A stretch of DNA of 64,000 bases. Source: an uncultured Candidatus Saccharibacteria bacterium (lineage in GTDB: Bacteria > Patescibacteriota > Minisyncoccia > Phycocordibacterales > UBA2100). Positions 8,625 to 18,786 of this stretch are shown piece after piece. Position 1 is the stretch's first letter. Each line of letters starts with the position of its first letter. The notes under the pieces are model-generated. The model made no database searches, was not told the origin of the DNA, and saw only the letters and a program-made list of their open reading frames with translations. Position numbers and translations under genes: made by a program. Location: assembly GCA_964434285.1 (NCBI GenBank), contig CAYSUJ010000001.1, positions 168,703 to 232,702 of the forward strand, read 5' to 3'.

Positions 8625-10316
8625 CTATTCCAGATATTCCGGCTTGTTGTTTCTTAACCAGAGGAAAAAGGGATTCATGGACGGTGAAGCACCGGAAAGG
8701 GTGCCAGCTGGAGCACGTTCGAGAACGACAGCAAAAGCGTAGCGTGGTTTCTCATACGGCCAGAAGCCAATGACCCACGAGTTCATGTACTCATTTTTGG
8801 CACCCACCTGCGCAGTACCCGTTTTCCCGGCAAGCGATATTCCAGGAATGTTGAGTGCTGCTGCGGTTCCCCCCTCTAACACGGCAGCGCGCATGCCTTC
8901 ACGTGCAACTTGGAGATACTCGTCTTGAATGCCTATCGACTTCCCTTCCGGCTCTGCATCGAAAACGATGTGCGGCGTGAGTAGTGTTCCGCCATTCGCG
9001 AGCGCCGCCACATATCGAACCACTTGAAGCGGCGTGACTTGGAATCCGTATTGACCAATTGCAGTATTGTATGTATCGCCAAGCCGCCAATCTTCCTCAA
9101 ACACTTCCCGCTTCCACTCCGGCGTCGGGATAGTTCCTGCGAGCCCACCGGGAAGCGCAAATTCTGCAATCTCACCAAAACCAAAACGCTTTGCGTATTC
9201 ATCAATACGCGCAATTCCTAAGCCGCGCTGATCTTCAAACCCGCCGCCGATCGCGTAAAAATAGACGTCTGAGGAAACGGCGATTGCGCGACGCATGTCT
9301 GTCCATCCATGCGCGCGCCAGTCTTTAAAGACAGAGGGCTTTGAGGGTATGTAGGGATTTGGGATCGAAATGGAGCCGTTCGAAAAGATTTGTTTCTGTG
9401 GGCTAATCAGATTTTCTTGAAGCGCTGCAGCAGCGAACATGGGCTTCACGATGGAGCCGGGCGCATACAAGCCCGCGACAGCGCGGTTCAAGAGCGGCGT
9501 CGAGGAGTCGTTGTTCGCCGCAGAAACCACATTACTATCGCCTTCCGCAAATGCCTCAGTGTCATATTCAGGCACACTCACGAGAGCCAAGAGTTCTCCC
9601 GTGCGAACATCCATAATAGCGCCCGCGGCACCGCGAAACTTATTTGCCGCACTATGCTCGGCGAGGCGCCGAGCAAAAGCATCTTGTACCTCGGCATCAA
9701 TCGAGAGCTTAAGTTCTCCCCCTTCGCGCGGCGGATCAACTATGTCGGTGCGCACAAGTCCTCCGCGTGCGTCTGTCTCGTGCATGACACTGCCATTCTC
9801 CCCTGCGAGAACGTGATTAAATGCAGCCTCAACACCCGCGATGCCCTCATGCTCCTCGTTCCACCATCTTCCCGAAGCATCTGCTTTGGGGTAACGCACA
9901 AAACCGAGAATGTGTGAAAAGCCCGCGAGATCAATATGCCGCCGACGCGGAAATGGCAGTGTCGTTGTTGCATTGGGATCGGTTTCGAGTTCATTCCAGG
10001 CAAGTGCCGTGCCGTTCCTGTCGCTAATGATTCCCCGCGGCGCAAAGATGACAGAGCGTTCGAGGCGATTGTTACGAGAAATATCAGCATACGAAGCCCC
10101 TTCAACAACCTGCAGACGAAAGGCCTGCCCGGCAAACACCAAGAGTGCCAAACTGCACACAACACCAATCATGGTTATCGCGCGCGATGAAATTGGGCGC
10201 TCAACCCTGCCTTCTAGCGCTTCTTCGTCGAGGCGTGGAAGGTTGGTTGAATCAATGAAGATGTCCTCCGGAGCGATCTCGGCGGACATTCGTCTTTTTC
10301 GAGAGAAAAAGCGCAT
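8625..10316 (-). CDS. mrdA: penicillin-binding protein 2 (class B transpeptidase)
   Basis: TM plus dimerisation domain; SxxK (PGSIVK), SxD (SSDV), KTG motifs; in the mre cluster. Confidence 0.92.
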   Translation of the reverse strand: MRFFSRKRRMSAEIAPEDIFIDSTNLPRLDEEALEGRVERPISSRAITMIGVVCSLALLVFAGQAFRLQVVEGASYADISRNNRLERSVIFAPRGIISDRNGTALAWNELETDPNATTTLPFPRRRHIDLAGFSHILGFVRYPKADASGRWWNEEHEGIAGVEAAFNHVLAGENGSVMHETDARGGLVRTDIVDPPREGGELKLSIDAEVQDAFARRLAEHSAANKFRGAAGAIMDVRTGELLALVSVPEYDTEAFAEGDSNVVSAANNDSSTPLLNRAVAGLYAPGSIVKPMFAAAALQENLISPQKQIFSNGSISIPNPYIPSKPSVFKDWRAHGWTDMRRAIAVSSDVYFYAIGGGFEDQRGLGIARIDEYAKRFGFGEIAEFALPGGLAGTIPTPEWKREVFEEDWRLGDTYNTAIGQYGFQVTPLQVVRYVAALANGGTLLTPHIVFDAEPEGKSIGIQDEYLQVAREGMRAAVLEGGTAAALNIPGISLAGKTGTAQVGAKNEYMNSWVIGFWPYEKPRYAFAVVLERAPAGTLSGASPSMNPFFLWLRNNKPEYLE

Positions 10317-10337
10317 ACCTGCACTATACCAAAGTGG

Positions 10338-10619
10338 CTATCGTGGTAACGTGGGACCCACGAGAAGCTCCCGCCGGACCGGCTCGAAGAGGATGAGGAG
10401 TGCAAAAGCCGTCATGGTGGCAAGCGGCAACCCGTACAGTGAAAAAGAGAAGGTAGAATGCCACATAAAATCCAGCGCCACTCCGATCGGTACGACCTCC
10501 CATGCTCTAAAGCGGGCACAGAGCGCAAGTGCGATGAGGAGCGTCATCCACCACGGAAAAAAGAGAGCGGAAACGGCGCAGAGAGAAGAAAGAATGAGAC
10601 GCGTTTTATTGAACAACAT
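10338..10619 (-). CDS. small membrane protein in the mreD position
   Basis: 93 aa hydrophobic ORF overlapping the mreC stop, between mreC and pbp2. Confidence 0.6.
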   Translation of the reverse strand: MLFNKTRLILSSLCAVSALFFPWWMTLLIALALCARFRAWEVVPIGVALDFMWHSTFSFSLYGLPLATMTAFALLILFEPVRRELLVGPTLPR

Positions 10620-11403
10620 AGACAAAACGGAGCGTATCGAGATTAGTTGGTGTACGAATGAAGAGCGTTGCGGCTGCACTCGACGATGCAGAGTCAAGTT
10701 CCATAACGAGACCAGCTGGCCGACTTTCTAGGTGTGGGATGGTCACGACATCGCCAACGCGAAGCGGAGCTTCTCGCGGAGCCTCCCCGCGTGCGTTTCC
10801 ACCGCCGCGTCCTTTGAGGAGAATGGGAACATCGTTGATTGCCGCCTCGATCTCCTTGCCGGGAGCAAAAAGTGACTCCACGGTTGCAGTACGATCTTGC
10901 ACAGAAATAACCGTGCCGAGCACAAAGCCACCGGGTGTGAGCACAACCGCACCTTCCCTGAGGCCATAGCGCGCTCCGGCACCGATCACAAATGTGCCAT
11001 AAGGAGACGTGGCAAACGATGAGAGCACCGCAGCGCTCAGCCCCGTCTCTTCTTCGGCAGTGAGCTGCGCGAGCGCGCGGAGTTCTTCATTTTCGACACG
11101 AAGTGCGGTAGCGCGAGTGTCTTCCTCGGCGCGCCGCGCAAGCGCATCGTGCAACTCTTCATTTTCAGCAATGAGGGCTGCACGAGTTGCAAAACCATGT
11201 GCACTCGGCAATGCGTTCACAACGCTCGCAAGAGACGCCGAGGCAAGACCGCCCGCCTCACGGATCGATGAACGAAGCGTGCCCTGCGTCACATAATCCG
11301 CTCCGAAGACACCGAGTGCAAAAAGAGCAAGTACGAGAAACACGCGCATTGCGGATGAATCGCGCGGAACCCCTCTCGCGTATGTTGGTCGGCGTGGCTG
11401 CAT
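10606..11403 (-). CDS. mreC: rod shape-determining protein MreC
   Basis: TM, coiled coil (ENEELR) and beta domains; directly follows mreB. Confidence 0.85.
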   Translation of the reverse strand: MQPRRPTYARGVPRDSSAMRVFLVLALFALGVFGADYVTQGTLRSSIREAGGLASASLASVVNALPSAHGFATRAALIAENEELHDALARRAEEDTRATALRVENEELRALAQLTAEEETGLSAAVLSSFATSPYGTFVIGAGARYGLREGAVVLTPGGFVLGTVISVQDRTATVESLFAPGKEIEAAINDVPILLKGRGGGNARGEAPREAPLRVGDVVTIPHLESRPAGLVMELDSASSSAAATLFIRTPTNLDTLRFVYVVQ

Positions 11404-11406
11404 AGC

Positions 11407-12474
11407 TTATTCAGAAGGCACGAGCTCGTCTTCGTTCGTAAGCAACGTGTCGCGGAAGCGCTCCATGTCGTCCAGAACGAGTGCTGTACCGCGAACAACA
11501 GCCGTAAGAGGATCGGATGCAACAATTACAGGTACGCCAAGTGCTGCGATCAGATACTCCGGAAGCCCGCGAATGTGCGCACCACCGCCCGCAAGATAGA
11601 TGCCGCGTTGCATGATGTCGGCAAGCAATTCCGGTGGTGTGGATTCAAGCACATCTTTCACTTGTTCCACTAAATCGTCGATTGAATGCCCAATAGCCGT
11701 GCGCACATCCTGATCCGAAACGACAATCTCGCGCGGGAGCCCGCTCACGAGATCGCGTCCGCGCGCAGTGAAAGAAATGGGCGTGCCTCGTAGAATCGTC
11801 GCCGCGGCGATTTTGATATCCTCGGCGGTTTTGTCGCCGATCAAGAGCTTATGCTCGTTTCTTAGGTGACCAATGATGTCTTGGTTGAATTTGTCGCCCG
11901 CGATGCGGATATTTCGCGCGTTCACGAGTCCCCCGAGTGCAACGACACCAACGTCCGTCGTCCCGCCACCAATATCAATCACCATACTCCCTGTTGGCTC
12001 GTGCACAGGAAGTTCAATGCCGATCGCTGCAGCCATCGGCTCTTCCACAATATGCACTTCGCGCGCGCCTGCGGCGCGCGCCGCATCCCGCACCGCCCGC
12101 ACTTCCACCGAGGTGATCCCTGATGGCACCCCCACAACCACGCGCGGCCCGAGGAGCTTGGTGTGCCCCGCTTGTGCTTTGCCAATGAGATAGCCGAGCA
12201 TTTCGCTCGTAATCTCGAAGTCCGATATCACGCCGTCCACAACGGGCTGCACCGCGACGATGTGCGGCGGTGTGCGCCCGAGCATATTTTTCGCCTCCTG
12301 CCCCACCGCAACCACCTGTCCTGTTTTCTGATTAAACGCGACGAGTGACGGCTCATTAATCACGATGCCGCGCCCTTTTACGTGCACAAGCGTGTTCGCC
12401 GTCCCTAAATCAATGCCGATGTCATTCGAGAAAAGCCCGAGTATTTTTTCCTTCCAGCGCCTGAGGGTGTTCAT
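11407..12474 (-). CDS. mreB: rod shape-determining protein MreB
   Basis: IGIDLGTANT, NEPS, EEPMAAAIG, DIGGGTT. Confidence 0.96.
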   Translation of the reverse strand: MNTLRRWKEKILGLFSNDIGIDLGTANTLVHVKGRGIVINEPSLVAFNQKTGQVVAVGQEAKNMLGRTPPHIVAVQPVVDGVISDFEITSEMLGYLIGKAQAGHTKLLGPRVVVGVPSGITSVEVRAVRDAARAAGAREVHIVEEPMAAAIGIELPVHEPTGSMVIDIGGGTTDVGVVALGGLVNARNIRIAGDKFNQDIIGHLRNEHKLLIGDKTAEDIKIAAATILRGTPISFTARGRDLVSGLPREIVVSDQDVRTAIGHSIDDLVEQVKDVLESTPPELLADIMQRGIYLAGGGAHIRGLPEYLIAALGVPVIVASDPLTAVVRGTALVLDDMERFRDTLLTNEDELVPSE

Positions 12475-12479
12475 GGTGA

Positions 12480-13736
12480 TTATGCGTCATGCAGTATGTC
12501 GATAATGTCGCTCTCCGCGACCAGGGTTCCCTTACCCTCGCCTCGTTTAGTGAGTTCGAATCCTCCAGCCGAGATCGTTTTTTCTGAAATAACCAGCCTG
12601 AGGGGAATGCCGATGAGATCGGCGTCGGCAAATTTCTCGCCTGCGCGAAGATCGCGATCATCGTATAACACCTCGATATCACTCTCGCGAAACATCTCAT
12701 ACACGCGATCTGCTTCTTTTTGCACATCCGCATTCCCACTCGTGATGGAAACAAGATGTACCTGGTACGGCGCAACCTCCTTCGGCCAGATAATACCTTT
12801 GTCGTCGGCAAAGATTTCGACGATGGCACCCATAAGGCGCGTAATGCCAATGCCATATGAGCCGAGATGTACCGGTGTCTTGTTCCCGGCCTCATTCGTG
12901 AAATACAGACCGAGTTGTTCGGACTTCATCCCGCCGAAGTCGAAGATATTTCCGGTCTCGATTGATTTCACTTCCTCGAGCTCATCGCGCGTAATCTCGA
13001 GCTTCTTGAGCACGTCATCTCGCAAGACTTCCTGGTTCACGGCAATTTTCTTCCCGCGATGCAAATAAACAACATCTTCGCCAACATCCGAGAGCGTTTG
13101 GAATTCGTGCGAAAATTCAGTAAACGCACCACCCGAAGCGAAAGTCAGGAACGTACGATCTCCCAAACCGACACGCTCGAAGACGCGCAGATAAGCCTGA
13201 ATTGTCGCGTCGTAGAATTTCTTGTGCTCTTCCGGATCCTTCGTGTAGGAATACATGTCTTTCATTACGAACTCACGACCGCGCATGATCCCACTTTTCG
13301 CGCGTAATTCATTTCGCATCTTCGTTTGGAATTGGTAGACGTATGCTGGCAGATCGCGATAACTCGATACGAAGCTTGTCATCATCTCGGTGATAGGCTC
13401 TTCATGCGACCAACCGAAACCAATTTCTCCACCGCTCTTGAGTTCTGATTTAAACCAGACGTCGACTTTTTCGTCATCCCAACGGCCAGTCTTCTCCCAC
13501 AGCTCTTTGCGCTGCAGAGCTGTCATGATAATTTCCTGACCGCCGATCTTATTCATCTCCTCGCGCACGATTTGTTTTATCTTCTCAACGACACGCAATC
13601 CAAGCGGCAAATACGCGTAGACGCCAGCCATTTCTTTGTGCACATAACCTGCGCGAATCAAAAGCTGTGCATTCTTAGCCACCTCGTCCTTCGGGGCTTC
13701 TTTACGTGTGCGGGTGAAGAGCTGTGATTGCCTCAT
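12480..13736 (-). CDS. proS: proline--tRNA ligase (short form, no editing domain)
   Basis: LLIRAGY, RGREFVMKD, GSYGIGITR, anticodon domain DDR...GEKFADADLIG. Confidence 0.96.
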   Translation of the reverse strand: MRQSQLFTRTRKEAPKDEVAKNAQLLIRAGYVHKEMAGVYAYLPLGLRVVEKIKQIVREEMNKIGGQEIIMTALQRKELWEKTGRWDDEKVDVWFKSELKSGGEIGFGWSHEEPITEMMTSFVSSYRDLPAYVYQFQTKMRNELRAKSGIMRGREFVMKDMYSYTKDPEEHKKFYDATIQAYLRVFERVGLGDRTFLTFASGGAFTEFSHEFQTLSDVGEDVVYLHRGKKIAVNQEVLRDDVLKKLEITRDELEEVKSIETGNIFDFGGMKSEQLGLYFTNEAGNKTPVHLGSYGIGITRLMGAIVEIFADDKGIIWPKEVAPYQVHLVSITSGNADVQKEADRVYEMFRESDIEVLYDDRDLRAGEKFADADLIGIPLRLVISEKTISAGGFELTKRGEGKGTLVAESDIIDILHDA

Positions 13737-13848
13737 TAACGGCTATTCTACGCGGGATTACGTATTCACCAAACTTGACATTCCAGATTTTACCTTTACG
13801 ATGTTCACAGTAATGTGCGCCCTGAACCTGAAGAGGAAAGGAACGAAC

Positions 13849-14077
13849 ATGAGCACAACCAAATGGAGACTCAAGGGCTACGATACGTTTGAGGGCGAAT
13901 ACTACGATCTCGACGGCCAGTACGAGAACGAGCAAGAGGCTCAGGAAGCCGCACGGAGGCGCCTCAGCGAACTCGAAGTAACCCAGCCAAGTTCAAGTTC
14001 TGGGGGGGCAACACTTCGGCGGAATTCAGGACCGAGTGTATATTGAAGGTCCCCAAGGGCAGTGGTACAGGGCCTGA
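13849..14077 (+). pseudogene. small hypothetical protein, apparently frameshifted at a G7 tract
   Basis: AAGGA SD; MSTTKWRLKGYDTFEGEYY...SSGG. The +1 frame after G7 (14002-14008) continues QHFGGIQDRVYIEGPQGQWYRA*. Confidence 0.5.
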
Positions 14078-14133
14078 TTCAGGGCCTGATTCGAACTTTG
14101 GAGATGGCAAGGTCTGACCTTGCCATTTTTCTT

Positions 14134-15219
14134 TTACGAGAGGAGGCGGGCGATGTCGTTGTAGGTCACGGCAAGCATAAGAACGACAATAAGAAGAATG
14201 CCTGCGGTGTTGAAGATGTTCACGACGAAGTGTGGCGGTGGGCGACGGATGACGGCCTCAAGACCGAGCAAAAAGAGTCGCCCGCCGTCGAGAGCGGGAA
14301 TTGGCACGAGATTGATAATCGCGAGATTTACTGAAATGAACGCGGCGAGCGCCAAGACCTGCCCCACGCCGTGGCGTGAGGCATTGCCCACGTAATCAAA
14401 AAGCCCGACCGGCCCGACGATTTCTTTTATATTCGGCTGCCCACCCGCGGCGTCGCGTGCGAGTTTCCACAAACCACGTGCCGTTTCTTTAAATGCAACA
14501 AGTGTGCGCGCTCCGGCCTCTTTGAAAGCAGCGCCGAGTGAGAGCGCGTCGTCCGTGACGAGCATGAGGCCAATCCCCACCGCTGGCCTATTGGCACTCC
14601 CCTCAACAACCGCATGCGCGGGAATCATCGTCGTCGTGAATACCTCTTGTTCGCGTCGGTACGTTACCTCTAGCGACTTTCCCCCACGTTCACCAACGAA
14701 ATTTACGACCGTGCCCGGCACGAGATCAGCCACGTTTCCCTTCTCATCAACAATGCGCGTGATTTCATCGCCCACTTTTAGACCTGAAACAGCCGCGGGA
14801 GAACCTGGCACGACGGTGTTGACGAGTAGCTGTGCATGTTCGATCTGCGATCGATCCGTAATGAGACGCGGCACACCAACAGTGAGCGCTCCAACAAACA
14901 GGAAATAGGCTGCAAGCGCGTTCATGGTGACACCTGCAATAAGAATAATCGCCTGCGCGTACTTCGGCGCACCCGCAAAACTTCCGCGCGAATGCGTCTC
15001 CCCATGTTCACCCCACAAACGGACGAACCCACCAAATGGAAGCCAGTTAAGTGTGTATTCTGTCCCGCCCCACGTGCCAAGCGTGAATGCGCGCGGCGGA
15101 TAGCCCACGCCAAATTCTTCCACCTTCACTTTAAACAGCTTCGCGGCAACGAAATGCCCGAGCTCGTGCACAACGATGAGGAAGACGAGGATGCCGAGAA
15201 CCAAAAGAGCGGTGGTCAT
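14134..15219 (-). CDS. rseP: RIP metalloprotease RseP (M50, PDZ)
   Basis: HELGH, PFGGFV, PDZ-like GSPAA, NLVPIPALDGG. Confidence 0.95.
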   Translation of the reverse strand: MTTALLVLGILVFLIVVHELGHFVAAKLFKVKVEEFGVGYPPRAFTLGTWGGTEYTLNWLPFGGFVRLWGEHGETHSRGSFAGAPKYAQAIILIAGVTMNALAAYFLFVGALTVGVPRLITDRSQIEHAQLLVNTVVPGSPAAVSGLKVGDEITRIVDEKGNVADLVPGTVVNFVGERGGKSLEVTYRREQEVFTTTMIPAHAVVEGSANRPAVGIGLMLVTDDALSLGAAFKEAGARTLVAFKETARGLWKLARDAAGGQPNIKEIVGPVGLFDYVGNASRHGVGQVLALAAFISVNLAIINLVPIPALDGGRLFLLGLEAVIRRPPPHFVVNIFNTAGILLIVVLMLAVTYNDIARLLS

Positions 15220-15222
15220 GTA

Positions 15223-15774
15223 TCAACTGTGCATTTCTGCTTCCTTCTTCTCAAACGCCTTTTGCAGATCATCATTCATCGCATCTACCTTCTTCTGCAT
15301 CTCGTCTTTAAGGCGGAATTTTTCATCTTCATTAATCATTCCCTCTTCTTCCTGCGCCTGGATATCCTTCCAGCATTCATCGCGCGACTGGCGTACCGTC
15401 GTGCGCGCGTCTTCGAGCTTCGCTTTTGCGAGTTTAATCAGCTGCTCTCGGCGTTCACTGGTGAGCTCGGGGAACGAGACGCGCACGCCGGAAGCGTCTG
15501 ATCCGACGCCGACACCGAGATCGGCCTGCGTTATTGCGCGCTCAATATCTTTGATGATGCCCGGATCGAACGCCTGTACACGAAGTGAACGTGCGTCCTC
15601 AACGCCAATAGTCGCCACTTGCTTCAAGGGCATCATGGAGCCATATGCCTGCACAGAAATGCCATCAAGAATGGCCGGTGCAGCGCGACCAGTGCGCAGC
15701 CCCTGATATTCACGTCCGAGCCACTCCTTCGCGCCCGTAAGCTTTGTCTCAAATGATTTAAAATCGTATGCCAT
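15223..15774 (-). CDS. frr: ribosome recycling factor
   Basis: LRTGRA, YGS..PL, P.LTSERR. Confidence 0.96.
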   Translation of the reverse strand: MAYDFKSFETKLTGAKEWLGREYQGLRTGRAAPAILDGISVQAYGSMMPLKQVATIGVEDARSLRVQAFDPGIIKDIERAITQADLGVGVGSDASGVRVSFPELTSERREQLIKLAKAKLEDARTTVRQSRDECWKDIQAQEEEGMINEDEKFRLKDEMQKKVDAMNDDLQKAFEKKEAEMHS

Positions 15775-15786
15775 GAGCGGATTGTA

Positions 15787-16431
15787 CTATACTTTCGGCA
15801 CGAGAAGCGCCACCTGCTCAAGGAGCGCCTTCAGAAGCGAGCCTTTGTCCCCCACAAATTTCTCGGCGCGGTAGATGGCGCGGAGCGCCTCGGCTCGATT
15901 CGACTCCTCGGCAAAGCGTCGTTCGAGCGCATGCAGAAATGCCCGCACCCCTGCCATATCGCGACCATCGTCATCGTGTTCGTAGAGTGACTTCAGCATT
16001 TCGATGCGTTTCTCGCGCGTTGCGGCGAGGAATTCGGACACATCCGGACCCGCTGCACCCTCAATATCTAAACGTTGCATTCGAGAGCGGATGGTCGGAA
16101 GCAGTGTATCTGGCGATGGAGTGACAATAAAGAACAGTGGATTTCCTGCGGGATCCTCGATCGTTTTAAGAAGTGCGTTCTGCGCTTCGGTTGTTGGCGC
16201 AGCAGCGAAAAAAACAATCACGCGGTGATCATCGCGCACGGGCTTCATGCGCGCACGGGCACGAATTTCCTCAGCTTCTGCGACACCGAATGCGCGATAC
16301 ACGCGCGAAAAGAGATCGGGACTTCCCTGAGAAATCACACCTTCGCTCTCCAAACGATCCACGAGGACAGGCAGCGCACCGACTCCGCCCGCAACCAAAT
16401 ACGCTCCAACATAGCGCTGTGCACTCGACAT
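15787..16431 (-). CDS. holB: DNA polymerase III delta'-like subunit
   Basis: EAQNALLKTIEDP and LLPTIRSR clamp-loader motifs. Confidence 0.85.
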   Translation of the reverse strand: MSSAQRYVGAYLVAGGVGALPVLVDRLESEGVISQGSPDLFSRVYRAFGVAEAEEIRARARMKPVRDDHRVIVFFAAAPTTEAQNALLKTIEDPAGNPLFFIVTPSPDTLLPTIRSRMQRLDIEGAAGPDVSEFLAATREKRIEMLKSLYEHDDDGRDMAGVRAFLHALERRFAEESNRAEALRAIYRAEKFVGDKGSLLKALLEQVALLVPKV

Positions 16432-16469
16432 ACGGAGAGTATACCGCGCGGAGAGGTTATACTGGCAGC

Positions 16470-16967
16470 ATGCGCGTACAGAGCGACCTTGAAAAGACTG
16501 CACTCAAAGTTACCCGAGCGGTGGGTTCGCCGCCGTCTATCATTTTGCATTCATTGTTTTTCCTTGGCTGCTTTGTGCTTGCCTTCTCGGGGTTCATCGA
16601 TTTTGATCGCATGCTTCTCGTTCTTACAACCATCGTCTCCTTGGAGGCGATCTATCTAGCGATATTCATTCAAATGACGATCAACTACCAAGGTCAGGCA
16701 ATCGCGGAAGTCAGCGAGGACGTCGAGGAGATTCAAGAAGACGTGGAGGAAATCTCCGAGGATGTGGGAGAAATCCAAGAGGATGTCGAGGAGCTGCAGG
16801 AAAATGTCGAGGAAATCTCTGAAGACGTGGAAGAGATGTCAGAAGATGAAGAAACGGAGGAGGCTGCCGAAGAACGGCGAAAGAATGAGCAGAAACAAAC
16901 CCTCAATGTAATTCATGAGGATTTGAAACGCTTGCTTCTAAACATCGAACGAATGAACAAAAGCTAG
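16470..16967 (+). CDS. DUF1003-like membrane protein with acidic heptad repeats
   Basis: VGSP..IILH...LTTIVSLEAIYLAIFIQM, then EDVEEI(Q/S) repeats. Confidence 0.75.
   Translation: MRVQSDLEKTALKVTRAVGSPPSIILHSLFFLGCFVLAFSGFIDFDRMLLVLTTIVSLEAIYLAIFIQMTINYQGQAIAEVSEDVEEIQEDVEEISEDVGEIQEDVEELQENVEEISEDVEEMSEDEETEEAAEERRKNEQKQTLNVIHEDLKRLLLNIERMNKS
16717..16848 (+). repeat. about six imperfect 21-nt coding tandem repeats
   Basis: EDVEEIQ EDVEEIS EDVGEIQ EDVEELQ ENVEEIS EDVEEMS. Confidence 0.8.
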
Positions 16968-17980
16968 CGCTTTGAGATGATGGCCTTCTTGTAAACGTCG
17001 AGGTGCTTCAATGCTTCACCAGTCCCCTTTGCAACACAGAATGGTGCATCTGCAGCAAGCTGCGCTTTCACGCCCGTCCGACGATAAATGAGTTCGGTGA
17101 AGTTACGCAGCTGCGAGGAACCACCGGTCATGATGATGCCGTTATCGATGATGTCAGCTGCAAGTTCTGGAGGGGTTTCCTGCAGCACCTCCTTAATGGC
17201 ATCAACCATGATGCGTAACTCTTTCGCAATTGCTTTTACTATCTCGTTTGATGACAATTCAATCGAACGCGGAAGCCCCGTCACATAATCGCGGCCCTTT
17301 ATCATCATCGTCAGCTCCTCTTCCAATGGGACCGCGCTCCCGATTTCAATCTTAATGCTTTCTGCATTGCGTTCGCCGACGGCGAGATTCAGATTTTTCT
17401 TGATGTAGTCTGCAATTGCGTGATCAATAGCATTCCCTGCACATTTGACCGAGGTAGACGCCACGATACCACCGAGCGAGATCACGGCAACGTCGGTAGT
17501 GCCACCACCGATGTCGACGATCATGTGCCCACGCGCCTCATGTATTGGAATGCCCGCACCGATCGCGGCGAGAATCGGCTCCTTAACAACATACGCCTGA
17601 CGCGCGCCCGCTTTCGTTGCGGCCTCGACGACCGCACGCCGCTCCGTCGAGGTGACCCCAGCGGGTACGGAGATCATGACTTCTGGACGAAAAAGATTCC
17701 ATGGGCCGAGCGCTTTCTTGATGTAGTAACGAAGCATCGCCTCGGTGACACGATAATCTGCGATGACACCGTCCTTCATGGGGCGGTAGGCACGGATCGC
17801 GTCTGGTGTGCGACCGATCATGTCTTTGGCATCGTTGCCAACTGCAAGAATTCGGTTGTCAGCGAGCGAAACCGCGACGACCGACGGTTCATTGAGGACA
17901 ATGCCGCGGCCCGGCACGAAGACGAGTACTGTTGTTGTGCCGAGGTCGATGCCGAGTTTCGGCTTAAAGAAAGACATCAT
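16964..17980 (-). CDS. mreB: MreB/Mbl paralog
   Basis: LGIDLGTTT, NEPSVVA, DIGGGTTD, LAADIIDNGI. Confidence 0.95.
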   Translation of the reverse strand: MMSFFKPKLGIDLGTTTVLVFVPGRGIVLNEPSVVAVSLADNRILAVGNDAKDMIGRTPDAIRAYRPMKDGVIADYRVTEAMLRYYIKKALGPWNLFRPEVMISVPAGVTSTERRAVVEAATKAGARQAYVVKEPILAAIGAGIPIHEARGHMIVDIGGGTTDVAVISLGGIVASTSVKCAGNAIDHAIADYIKKNLNLAVGERNAESIKIEIGSAVPLEEELTMMIKGRDYVTGLPRSIELSSNEIVKAIAKELRIMVDAIKEVLQETPPELAADIIDNGIIMTGGSSQLRNFTELIYRRTGVKAQLAADAPFCVAKGTGEALKHLDVYKKAIISKR

Positions 17981-18042
17981 GCGGATTGTAAGCAATTTGG
18001 GGTAAAAGGAAAGGCGCCGCGTATGCTCGCGGCGCCACTTCA

Positions 18043-18240
18043 TCACTCTCCCGCATAAGCAGGAATGAGCGCTTCATCTTCATGCTCCTGCGCTTCTGCA
18101 CGGCGCAAGGCCGCAGCAAAGCGAGCGTTTTTGGCAGTGTCATGCGCCCCGCACTCGTCAGCCCATTCAGCCCGACGCTCTGCTTCTTGCGCACGACGGT
18201 AACTCTTGGAAATGGGGTCTTTGCTTCTGTACGGCACCAT
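18043..18240 (-). CDS. small hypothetical protein
   Basis: AGGAGG SD upstream of ATG; 65 aa. Confidence 0.45.
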   Translation of the reverse strand: MVPYRSKDPISKSYRRAQEAERRAEWADECGAHDTAKNARFAAALRRAEAQEHEDEALIPAYAGE

Positions 18241-18315
18241 CTGCGTTTCCTCCTATGCTGCCTGCGCGGCACAATGCCACGACTCCCGTGGGTGTGCAAG
18301 CAGTTATCCACCCCT

Positions 18316-18585
18316 CTATTTCTGCTCGTGTTTCTTAGGATCGAGTTCGTACCAAAACTTCTTCGAGAAATTCCCCGCCTCGTCGCACACGCGCTTTAAG
18401 TAGTAAAGATCCTTGGTCGGAATTTGCTCGAGAATTTTACCCATTCGAGCCATCGTAATTTTCGGAAGGCCGTCGCGCATGCGACTCGGGTTCAGGCGGT
18501 CGCAGAAATATTTCATGATTTCCCCACGCTCCGTCTGACGCAAAGCGCTTCGTTTCGCTTTCAGGCTCATCCCGATGTGCTGCAT
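18316..18585 (-). CDS. basic hypothetical protein
   Basis: TERGEIMKYF...DLYYLKRVC...FSKKFWYEL; TACAAT directly upstream of ATG. Confidence 0.7.
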   Translation of the reverse strand: MQHIGMSLKAKRSALRQTERGEIMKYFCDRLNPSRMRDGLPKITMARMGKILEQIPTKDLYYLKRVCDEAGNFSKKFWYELDPKKHEQK

Positions 18586-18628
18586 CCGAGGATTGTACAC
18601 GAGCGCTATCGTGTGGTATACATCTTAT

Positions 18629-18784
18629 GGAACCAGTCCTGGGATGGAGACCACCTGGTCCCAGGACCCCCGCCTCAGATTCGCACATACTCGGGCGCGA
18701 GAGAGGTGGGGAGGAGCGCGAACGCTGACCGCGAGAGACCGAGAGGGTGTAATTCTCGAGTCTGGCAGGCGTTCGCGCCCACCA
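18629..18784 (+). ncRNA. candidate structured ncRNA of unknown family
   Basis: Extended -10 (tggtatac, 18614-18621), three consecutive GC-rich hairpins, 3' end CCACCA, then a strong terminator hairpin. Confidence 0.5.
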
Positions 18785-18786
18785 TT

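Noticed and set aside
18629-18784. Assignment as 5S rRNA, tmRNA, 6S or SRP RNA
   Set aside because: There is only a short 5S-like stretch (GACCACCTGGTCCCA) and a CCA end; T-loop, tag frame, long 5'/3' closing stem and SRP helix-8 motif are absent.
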